DNA from: a virus
DNA length: 61,533 nt
IMG/VR virus record: IMGVR_UViG_3300045988_054859
Reading direction: 5' to 3' (one strand)
Part shown: piece after piece, positions 6,713 through 13,188 of the stretch
Numbering within the stretch: position 1 is the first letter of the stretch
How the letters are laid out: each line of letters opens with the position of its first letter
Position numbers and translations under genes: made by a program
The notes under the pieces: generated by a model
Told to the model about the DNA's origin: nothing
The model's database searches: none
The model's input: the letters and a program-made list of their open reading frames with translations, nothing else

Positions 6713-6853
6713 ATGGACGACGAAATGAATACCGCCGAGGTACTTCGCGACGAGGCAAAGGAGAACCGGACCCGTGAAATTCTTGAGCTTATGCGTAACA
6801 GCAAAACGCTCGAGGAGGCCGTGGAAAAAGTAAAAGCCCTGCTCAACAAGTAA
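6713..6853 (+). CDS. Possible small protein (46 aa)
   Basis: Hand translation gives MDDEMNTAEVLRDEAKENRTREILELMRNSKTLEEAVEKVKALLNK. The RBS is weak. A hairpin gccctgc/gcagggc spans the stop codon. Confidence 0.3.
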   Translation: MDDEMNTAEVLRDEAKENRTREILELMRNSKTLEEAVEKVKALLNK

Positions 6854-6988
6854 GCAGGGCTCTCCGATGAAGAACAAAGGCCGATGACGGCGGCCAGAGT
6901 TCTGAAACGCCGGGGGAGTGAGAAACAGCTTGCAGATGCCTCACTTCTCCGGCATTTCTATTATAGCAGATTCAAGGGGGATTTCAAG

Positions 6989-7198
6989 ATGTCAGCTTTA
7001 ACGCCTGTTGCCGTTCGCATCACCGGGCTGCGCGAGGCTCGCGGGTTGACCCGCACCCGGCTGTCGCAGCTCTCTGGCGTCCCGCTGCGGACACTCGAGG
7101 AGTGGGAGGCCGGTCGCCGGGTCCCGCGCGATGTTTACCAGATTCATGCCGTCGCCGCTGCGCTCGGCATGAGCATTGAGGATTATCTTGGGCTATAA
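6989..7198 (+). CDS. XRE-family HTH protein (69 aa)
   Basis: Sequence reads MSALTPVAVRITGLREARGLTRTRLSQLSGVPLRTLEEWEAGRRVP. GGGGGA lies upstream of the internal ATG at 6989. Confidence 0.65.
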   Translation: MSALTPVAVRITGLREARGLTRTRLSQLSGVPLRTLEEWEAGRRVPRDVYQIHAVAAALGMSIEDYLGL

Positions 7199-7205
7199 TG
7201 AATCA

Positions 7206-7239
7206 GGAGGCCCGGCGTTGTGCCGGGCCTCCCTTTTTG
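7206..7239. terminator. Bidirectional intrinsic terminator between convergent genes
   Basis: Perfect 11-bp stem ggaggcccggc/gccgggcctcc with loop gttgt, followed by ctttttgtt on the plus strand. Confidence 0.7.
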
Positions 7240-7449
7240 TTATTCGGGCATAAAGCCGTAACCGGCCTCAAATGCCGCTACTTCTCGGAGGTAGGCAACG
7301 CGGCCTGCTGCGCGGTCGATGGCGTCGCGCAATTCGCGGTTTTCCACCAGCTTGAGCAACGCGGTGAGCGTGTCCTCTGCCTGCATGATTTCGCGGGTGT
7401 CCTGCGGGTTGACCTGCTCCATGTAGAGCTCATAAATAGACTGTTCCAT
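7240..7449 (-). CDS. Hypothetical small protein (69 aa)
   Basis: TAGGAGG lies 6 nt before the ATG. Helical acidic peptide with no recognisable motif. Confidence 0.55.
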   Translation of the reverse strand: MEQSIYELYMEQVNPQDTREIMQAEDTLTALLKLVENRELRDAIDRAAGRVAYLREVAAFEAGYGFMPE

Positions 7450-7806
7450 GCTTGCCTCCTATGCCCGCCAGCGGTCGAGCCGCTGCCGCGCATACAGGAT
7501 TTGCGCGCGCCGTTCTTCCCGCTGCGGGTGTTTCGGAGCAGCCATTGTGACGGGAGGGCTGTTCGTGGTCCCCGTGCAGCCCTCTCCATCACCTCCCTGT
7601 GGGCCGTCTCCCGCAGGCTGATTTTAACTTGCTGGCTATTTGCCTGTAGCTTTTCGGAGTGCTTTCTCCTGCGTTGAGCCGTAGAACGTCACGAGCACGG
7701 CTCCGGGGCCTCGATTTCGGGCTTTTGTGGTCTGGCCGTAAAGATTGCCGCCTAGCCACCACGACTCTTTGCGGGTCTCCGCAGGAGGCTTTCGTCACTT
7801 GCTGGG

Positions 7807-8805
7807 TCATTTCACGATTTCCGCCAGCCTCTCGACGGTAACATCTGTCTCGATGTACGGGCTGCTGCCGGTGTCGTCTGTGTAGGTTCCGGTTACACCA
7901 TCTGCGCTTTTCCAAAGTATCATGTTTTCCACCTTGCTGCTGTTGCCCTCGCTGAACTCCTCGACCTTGTACTCCGAAAGCGTGATACCAAGCTCTGCCG
8001 CTTTGTCGAACACTGCCTGCGCCGTTTGCTCCGCCACTATCGGGAGATACAGGCCGCCAGAGGAAACGGTTCGAACGGTGAGCGTGTACTTGCCGCTGTA
8101 ATAGAATGCATCAATCGACGATATGTAGGCTGCGCTTTCTTTGTCCAGCGCGTTCAGTGCGGTTTCTTCGAGGACGCTCCGGTTCGTCTCCGGCGTCGAT
8201 ACTCTGGTTGTGCTGGTTGTTCTCTTTCGAGGTGCTATAAGGTCGAATCCGCCAAAAAGCATGAACGCAAAGAACACAGCAACAGCGATGGCTATGATGT
8301 TCGCCTTTTTGTTCTGCTTTTTGCTCGGCTCCGCTGCCGGGTTTTCTTTTTTGGGCTGCTCCGGTTTCTGCTCCGGCGACGGCTCCTCTTTCACGCGGTC
8401 CGCAAAGCTCACTTTTTCTTTGTCATCGCCAAAGTATGCCCAAAAGCACTTTTCCCGTTCGTCCACATACAGGTGTGTCATGTACTTCCAGCCATGCTCT
8501 GTGTGGTATTTTCCTAGTACCTTTTTGTGCAGAACATCTATCACAGCGAATGTTCCGCTGTCCTCGTCGTTCCGGGCGTTGTGCGCTGTCTGGCACACGG
8601 CGTATCTTGAGCCGTCTGAAATGGAGGCCGCGTTTACAAAAGATTCTGTTTCGTACACCAGCTCCGGGGTGAATGAATCGTCCGTGATGTAGAATTGCTT
8701 TCCCCAAAAGCAAGCAATCTTGGAATCCCTGCTCATTACGAAGTTGATTTCGAGCGATGGCTTGTACGCGCACTGCTGTTTCAGCCTCTCCCGTACCTCG
8801 TCCAT
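7807..8805 (-). CDS. Single-pass membrane protein (332 aa as drawn). It is probably the out-of-frame body of a longer gene that starts at 8902.
   Basis: A central TM segment IIAIAVAVFFAFMLFGGF follows a Lys/Pro/Glu-rich linker. There is no SD in front of the ATG at 8805. A strong RBS plus ATG at 8902 is separated from this frame by a G11 tract (see findings). Confidence 0.6.
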   Translation of the reverse strand: MDEVRERLKQQCAYKPSLEINFVMSRDSKIACFWGKQFYITDDSFTPELVYETESFVNAASISDGSRYAVCQTAHNARNDEDSGTFAVIDVLHKKVLGKYHTEHGWKYMTHLYVDEREKCFWAYFGDDKEKVSFADRVKEEPSPEQKPEQPKKENPAAEPSKKQNKKANIIAIAVAVFFAFMLFGGFDLIAPRKRTTSTTRVSTPETNRSVLEETALNALDKESAAYISSIDAFYYSGKYTLTVRTVSSGGLYLPIVAEQTAQAVFDKAAELGITLSEYKVEEFSEGNSSKVENMILWKSADGVTGTYTDDTGSSPYIETDVTVERLAEIVK

Positions 8806-8839
8806 TGGGATGCTGGCCGGGTCTACGAATCGCGCGCTG

Positions 8840-8902
8840 CTACTTGTTACCCCCCCCCCCGAACAGTTGTTCGTGGGTGAGGGACGCAGTTGTGTTGCCC
8901 AT
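8840..8902 (-). CDS. 20-codon leader ORF ending just after the poly-G tract (MGNTTASLTHEQLFGGGGNK)
   Basis: AGGAGG (8912..8917) lies 9 nt upstream of the ATG at 8902. With G11 the frame stops at TAG 8840..8842. With G10 it reads into the 332-aa ORF. Confidence 0.5.
   Translation of the reverse strand: MGNTTASLTHEQLFGGGGNK
8850..8860. repeat. Homopolymer C11 (G11 on the coding strand)
   Basis: Counted by eye as 'a' then 11 c then 'gaacag'. Confidence 0.9.
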
Positions 8903-8942
8903 AACTGTTGTCCTCCTGTCCTGTGTTGGTGGTCGTGCTTTT

Positions 8943-8971
8943 ATGATAGCACCTAACAGGGACAATGGCAA
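8943..8971 (-). promoter_or_regulatory. Promoter TTGCCA-17-TATCAT for the membrane-protein gene
   Basis: The minus strand reads TTGCCAttgtccctgttaggtgcTATCAT. The spacer carries a degenerate copy (GTCCC-tgtta-GGTGC) of the operator motif. Confidence 0.5.
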
Positions 8972-8983
8972 CGGCTTTCGCGC

Positions 8984-9003
8984 CAGCGATTGCAAAATCG
9001 CTG
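8984..9003. promoter_or_regulatory. Perfect dyad CAGCGATT-gcaa-AATCGCTG
   Basis: 8-bp arms. It lies 2 bp upstream of a plus-strand TATAAT (9006..9011) and 13 bp upstream of the minus-strand -35. Confidence 0.35.
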
Positions 9004-9016
9004 AGTATAATATATT

Positions 9017-9051
9017 CTCTACTCTACTCTTCTTTACTCTACTCTACTTTG
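9017..9051. repeat. Seven tandem pentamers (CTCTA CTCTA CTCTT CTTTA CTCTA CTCTA CTTTG)
   Basis: Read directly. The run is entirely pyrimidine-rich on the plus strand. Confidence 0.8.
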
Positions 9052-9074
9052 TCGATTGTTTCGCCGGAAATACC

Positions 9075-9113
9075 CGGAAATGCTGCTTTCAGTGCATATC
9101 CGCGCGGATATGC
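9075..9113. repeat. Repeat unit U1 (GGAAATGCTGCTTTCAGTGCATATCC) overlapping a perfect 20-bp palindrome GCATATCCGC|GCGGATATGC (9094..9113)
   Basis: U1 recurs at 9347..9372 with 4 mismatches. CCGGAAA/TTTCCG(G/C) words recur at least 8 times across 9064..9374. Confidence 0.7.
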
Positions 9114-9346
9114 GTTCAAAACGGTATTTCCGCTCCGGTTATATTGTTTTTCGTGGTATTTTGGGACAACTGCGTGTGTTGTCTCGCATGACCCTTTTAT
9201 CAACTTTTTCCACCCAGTTTTCCACTTTTCGGGTCGTTCTGGTATTTCCGCGCCGTTTTTCTGCGGTTATCCACGGAAATGATAGAAAATGTATCAAAAA
9301 GTGCATTTCTGTCCCGAAAATGTCTTTTTACGAGAATAACCGCGCC

Positions 9347-9372
9347 GGAAATGCTGTTTTAAGTGCGTTTCC
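9347..9372. repeat. Repeat unit U2 (GGAAATGCTGTTTTAAGTGCGTTTCC)
   Basis: Direct repeat of 9075..9100, 272 bp downstream. It lies inside CCGGAAA-N16-TTTCCGG. Confidence 0.7.
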
Positions 9373-9398
9373 GGGGAAGATATTGCAAAAAACAGCAA

Positions 9399-9447
9399 TA
9401 AAAAAAGAGCCTCCCGGCCCTCTTGTGCGAGGAATACCGGGAGGCTC
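9399..9447 (-). terminator. Intrinsic terminator after the lysis cassette
   Basis: The minus strand shows gagcctcccgg...ccgggaggctc (11-bp stem) followed by ttttttt. Confidence 0.7.
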
Positions 9448-9478
9448 GTGCTGTTATGTGGTAGCTGCTGGGGCGTCC

Positions 9479-9733
9479 TTAGTGAATCTGGTTCTTGACG
9501 TTCTCGTAGGTCTTATCGCCCTCGATAGCGGCCTGCGTGAAGGAGTTGTTGTACCACCAGTTAATCAGGGCCGTAACGGTGGTGATGCCCGTGGTGACGA
9601 GCTGTTCCACCGTGCTGCTCTCGATGGGCAGCGGAGACTTGCCGAACGCGCTCAAAATCTGGTTTGCCAGAGCCAGCAGCAGAGCAGCGGTACGGGCGAT
9701 GGTGGCGGCGGAAACTTTGTTATTGTACTTCAT
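9479..9733 (-). CDS. Holin (phiLC3/SPP1-type), 84 aa
   Basis: Contains ARTAALLLALANQILSAFG and the signature WWYNNSFTQAA typical of this holin family. Adjacent to the endolysin. Confidence 0.75.
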   Translation of the reverse strand: MKYNNKVSAATIARTAALLLALANQILSAFGKSPLPIESSTVEQLVTTGITTVTALINWWYNNSFTQAAIEGDKTYENVKNQIH

Positions 9734-9748
9734 AATAGTATTCTCCTC

Positions 9749-10105
9749 TCATTCGACAATGGATTTGATTCCGCAGCGGGAAACGACTTCCCGCTGTGCG
9801 TGTTTGACCTTAGAGGCGTAGTCCAAGGCTGCGTGCATATCACCATTGCAGTGCGCGTCAGGGATGCGCTGAACTGCCTTTGCGGTGGCCTCGCCGAGGG
9901 CGATGGCGGCGAGAGAAGTTTCATAGATGCAGATTTGCAGCTTCTCTCTGCTCTTTTCGCGCTGGGCTTCAATGTTCTCGCGCTTCTTGGCTTCTTCGGT
10001 CCGCTTTCTCTCGTGCTGCTCGATTTTGCGCTCAATCAGCCAGACAGCAAATCCAAAGATTCCAGACGGCACTCCAACGGTGACGAGAATTTGCCATGTT
10101 TCCAC
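9749..10105 (-). CDS. N-terminally anchored coiled-coil membrane protein (118 aa, GTG start), lysis-associated
   Basis: GGAGGAGGTG RBS. TM segment WQILVTVGVPSGIFGFAVWLI is followed by a charged helix. Located between the endolysin and holin. Confidence 0.5.
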   Translation of the reverse strand: METWQILVTVGVPSGIFGFAVWLIERKIEQHERKRTEEAKKRENIEAQREKSREKLQICIYETSLAAIALGEATAKAVQRIPDAHCNGDMHAALDYASKVKHAQREVVSRCGIKSIVE

Positions 10106-10122
10106 TGGTATCACCTCCTCCC

Positions 10123-10782
10123 TCACAGATATTTGTCTGCGCCTGACAGGGCAGTCCAGCTCTTGGGGCCGCAAATGCCATCAGGGACGAGGCCGTGCTT
10201 ACGCTGGGCCGTCATCAGTGCCTTTGTGGTAGCCGGGCCAAAACTGCCGTCGTGCGGGATGCCGAGGAGCCGCTGCAGCATAACCGTAGCTGCGCGGTTA
10301 GCGGCTCCCTCGCAACCCTGCTCGATGGTCGGCAGGACAAACTTGTTGTAGGTGGTGCTGGGATACACGCCGGGCTGTACGCAAAGCCATGTAGCCTTGC
10401 CTCCGCGCGTGTCGGTGTGGACAATGGCGGCCTTGTCGTGCCAGTAGATGCCGACCGCGCCAAAGCCCTGCGCGGCCGCGATGATGCCGAGGGCGACGGG
10501 GTTGACGCTCCGGTCCTTCGTGCGCCAGTCGGCCGCAATGCCGTAGAGGTGGCGGCTTGTCCGGCTGCCGCCGACTTTCGGGTCTGCGTTGTGCTTCACG
10601 CACCGGTAGCCCGACGTAACCTTGATGGCCTTGCCGAGCTTGGTGCGGATGGTCTGCATCTTCTGGACGAGCTCCGGGTCAATCATCTGCGCCGTGCATC
10701 CGCACGGACAGGCGAACTCGTACCGCTCGAAGTCTGTGGTGATTTTCGTGTGGTCGTTCGGCTTAAAGGTAATTACGCTCAT
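10123..10782 (-). CDS. Endolysin: M15-type zinc peptidase domain plus a C-terminal PG_binding_1 domain (219 aa)
   Basis: Contains SGYRCVKHNADPKVGGSRTSRHLYGIAADW (H-x-D/H zinc peptidase pattern). The C-terminus LLGIPHDGSFGPATTKALMTAQRKHGLVPDGICGPKSW is a peptidoglycan-binding repeat. Confidence 0.8.
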   Translation of the reverse strand: MSVITFKPNDHTKITTDFERYEFACPCGCTAQMIDPELVQKMQTIRTKLGKAIKVTSGYRCVKHNADPKVGGSRTSRHLYGIAADWRTKDRSVNPVALGIIAAAQGFGAVGIYWHDKAAIVHTDTRGGKATWLCVQPGVYPSTTYNKFVLPTIEQGCEGAANRAATVMLQRLLGIPHDGSFGPATTKALMTAQRKHGLVPDGICGPKSWTALSGADKYL

Positions 10783-10960
10783 TCTCGACGTCTCCTTTGT
10801 CGGTCTGTTTGAGTACGGAAAATTCTGCGTGTACCACCGCGCGGGCTGCTCCGTAGCCCTCCGGCTCCCCGCAGTTCGTTTCGAGGGAGTATTCCTCCCA
10901 CCGGTCGAGCAGCTTAACGGTGGCCGTCAAAAGCTGTTCGAGCCTCTCCTCGCGGTTCAT
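10763..10960 (-). CDS. Hypothetical protein (65 aa)
   Basis: AAAGGAG RBS. Overlaps the endolysin start by 20 nt. Confidence 0.45.
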   Translation of the reverse strand: MNREERLEQLLTATVKLLDRWEEYSLETNCGEPEGYGAARAVVHAEFSVLKQTDKGDVENERNYL

Positions 10961-10972
10961 TGGCGGCTCCTT

Positions 10973-11416
10973 TCAGCGGCTCTCGCCGCGCCGGAACAGT
11001 GTGTAGTGCGGACGCTCCTCCCCAAACAGCCAGTATCGCAGCCAGTCATCGAGGACGACGGCCGCGATGGACACAAAAATCCACAGGATGCTAAACGGGA
11101 GGCAAATCTGCCCTTTGTAGTTGAGCAGCATCCCGGAGTAATCCCAAACGCCGAGGCCGAGCCAGACGTTGAGAATCATCCCGGTTGCGAGCTCCGCTCC
11201 TGTCACGATGGCCGAGCCGAGGACGCCCTGCCAAATGAGCGGGGTATCCCACTCAAGCAGGCCCTCATTCAGCTCACCGAGAATCAGGAAAAGGAATCCG
11301 CCGAGGACGAACATCGTCCAATGGCTATGTCCTCTGAAAAGCACCTCGAGTCCGAAGTATACAAGCCCTCCGAACACAAAGAGGATGGCAGTTTTACATA
11401 CAGAGTTCCTTGCCAT
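10973..11416 (-). CDS. Polytopic membrane protein (147 aa, about 4 TM), CmpB/'ABC-transporter type IV'-like
   Basis: AAGGAGG lies 6 nt before the ATG at 11416. Hydrophobic segments include ILFVFGGLVYFGLEVLF, MFVLGGFLFLILG and ICLPFSILWIFVSIAAVVL. Confidence 0.55.
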   Translation of the reverse strand: MARNSVCKTAILFVFGGLVYFGLEVLFRGHSHWTMFVLGGFLFLILGELNEGLLEWDTPLIWQGVLGSAIVTGAELATGMILNVWLGLGVWDYSGMLLNYKGQICLPFSILWIFVSIAAVVLDDWLRYWLFGEERPHYTLFRRGESR

Positions 11417-11427
11417 TTCGGTCCTCC

Positions 11428-11898
11428 TTAGGCGGAGAGCTTGTTGATGATGGCCGTAATCTGCGCCTGCGCTGCGCTGAGAATGTCCCCGACTTTCTTT
11501 TCGAGGTCCTCGGGAAGGGCGCATCCGTAATAGATGGAGCCGATAACATTCGGGTCGGTCTCGCGCTTCGCCCACTGGCGCAGCGCATTGCAGTAGGTCG
11601 TCTGTTTGGTGACGAAGCTCTTGTATTCGCTGTACAGAGTAATAATGTCTGCCGCGCTGTACATAACGCACTCGCCGCCATCCGGGTGGTAAGGGTATTC
11701 GGACGCGCCCAACGTAATGGCCGCAAACATCGAGTCGATGTTCGTCTGGTCGTTGGGCATCAGCGAAAAGTGCTGCGTACCGTCGGACAACTCCACGTCA
11801 ATGCCAGCATAAATAAAGTTCTGGCAGGTTTCAGAAGCGTCGTCCGCCACCTTCTGTGCCAGAGTGGGAAGGTCGTTTTTCTTCCATTCAATAGCCAT
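11428..11898 (-). CDS. Hypothetical tail-fibre-associated protein (156 aa)
   Basis: AAGGAGG RBS. Sits immediately downstream of the DGR target gene. No firm motif. Confidence 0.5.
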   Translation of the reverse strand: MAIEWKKNDLPTLAQKVADDASETCQNFIYAGIDVELSDGTQHFSLMPNDQTNIDSMFAAITLGASEYPYHPDGGECVMYSAADIITLYSEYKSFVTKQTTYCNALRQWAKRETDPNVIGSIYYGCALPEDLEKKVGDILSAAQAQITAIINKLSA

Positions 11899-11908
11899 AC
11901 TGTCCTCC

Positions 11909-13168
11909 TTACTGGAATGCACCGCTGACGGCTTCGATGTAGCCGCCCTCGCCGGATTCGCCGCGCTCCACGCTGACGCGGAAGTTAAACGCCGCGCCGT
12001 TGGTGGCGGTCTTATTCTCAAAGACGATGTTCACGCCTTTTTTTACCTCGGTCGTGGCATCCTGCCAGACCGGGGAGCTGTCGAGTGCGTTGTTGGTCAC
12101 TTCGGCTTTGAACTTCGCATCATCGGGGATGGAGCCGGTCACCTGAAGCACGGCAACGGTAATGTCGCCCTCAACGGCCAACGGTTCAGCCAGCGTCACG
12201 CTTGCGGCGTGGACGGCCTTGGTAAAGGTCGCGGACGTGCTGACGGTTTCCTTGCCGTCGCTCACCTCAACGGTGATGGTGTGGTTGCCGTTCAGGATTT
12301 TCTGGAATCCGGCAGCGCTGGCCGTCTGCTCAAAGGTCAGGGCCGTGCCGCTGGCAACGCCGGTGCGGGTCTTGGCGGTCTTTCCGTCCAGCTTTTCGGT
12401 GACGGTCAAGGTGTCGCCGTCGGCATCCCTGACGGTGTACTTCCACGCAAAGGCCGCGTTCTTCCGCCCCAGAGCTGCGCCGTCCGTGCTGACGGTAGGT
12501 GCAGTGTTGACACTGACCGTGCCGTCGTCAGAGACCACGAGTGTAGAGGGAAGAATGAAAGCGGGGCGAACACCATAGGAGAAGTAGCACCAGTGGCCGT
12601 CGTCGGAGCCATCGGTGCTGACGTACCAGACGCCGCTGCCATCGCTGGTGTACGGAGAGCGCAGCCACCAAATGGCAGCGGAGCTGCCATTGTATGCAAT
12701 ACGCTTGCTGTTACCGCTGGAGCTGTTGCCAAAGTATGCCAGCCTCACACCGTCCTTCGGGAAATAGCCGTTGTCGCTGGTCGTCCAACCAACCTCATAA
12801 CCAGACAGCAGGAACACTTTGGTGCTCAGGCCGTTGGAGCCGGTGGCAAGGCTGCCGCCGGAACCAGTGCCGTTCTGGTACGGGATTTTCACCTGCTTAA
12901 TAGCCGCCCGGATGTTGCTGTCGATGAGGTTGTAGAACGTTCCGTTCAGGTATGTGTGGATGCTGGAATCCTTGTAGGAGTTATTGTTGCCGAACGTGGA
13001 CGTGGTGTAGATGTCCTTCATCAGCAGCCACGTTCCATTGCAACTCGAATCATAGGTGCTGGTATTCGGGTTGCCCTGCTGCACAACAATAAAATCTTTG
13101 GACGCGCCGTTGACTTTGATTTTGACAATGCTGCCAACGGCTTTCGTGCCCAGTTTTACGTTTGCCAT
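11909..13168 (-). CDS. DGR target protein (receptor-binding/tail-fibre-like, 419 aa) with an internal variable region
   Basis: AAGGAGG lies 6 nt before the ATG at 13168. VR encodes AAIWWLRSPYTSDGSGVWYVSTDGSDDGHWCYFSYGVRPAF (C-type-lectin-like DGR VR pattern WLRS...GVRP). About 216 aa of beta-rich sequence follow. Confidence 0.8.
   Translation of the reverse strand: MANVKLGTKAVGSIVKIKVNGASKDFIVVQQGNPNTSTYDSSCNGTWLLMKDIYTTSTFGNNNSYKDSSIHTYLNGTFYNLIDSNIRAAIKQVKIPYQNGTGSGGSLATGSNGLSTKVFLLSGYEVGWTTSDNGYFPKDGVRLAYFGNSSSGNSKRIAYNGSSAAIWWLRSPYTSDGSGVWYVSTDGSDDGHWCYFSYGVRPAFILPSTLVVSDDGTVSVNTAPTVSTDGAALGRKNAAFAWKYTVRDADGDTLTVTEKLDGKTAKTRTGVASGTALTFEQTASAAGFQKILNGNHTITVEVSDGKETVSTSATFTKAVHAASVTLAEPLAVEGDITVAVLQVTGSIPDDAKFKAEVTNNALDSSPVWQDATTEVKKGVNIVFENKTATNGAAFNFRVSVERGESGEGGYIEAVSGAFQ
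12561..12680 (-). repeat. DGR variable region (VR)
   Basis: Gapless 120-bp alignment to 14590..14709. All 19 mismatches fall where TR has A on the coding strand. Confidence 0.9.
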
Positions 13169-13188
13169 TGTTACCTCCTTGTTTTCGT

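Noticed and set aside
7463-7546. The 28-aa minus-strand ORF MAAPKHPQREERRAQILYARQRLDRWRA as a gene.
   Set aside because: It has no Shine-Dalgarno sequence and is very short. It is mentioned only within the gap finding.
9017-9400. A CRISPR array in the repeat-rich gap.
   Set aside because: The repeats are of several unrelated kinds, not regularly spaced, of unequal length and partly palindromic. There is no repeat-spacer periodicity and there are no cas genes.
12480-12560. A hairpin downstream of VR as the DGR cruciform or target-recognition element.
   Set aside because: Only a 5-bp stem (cagtg-tcaa-cactg) lies about 45 nt from the VR end. That is too weak and too distant to claim without comparative data.
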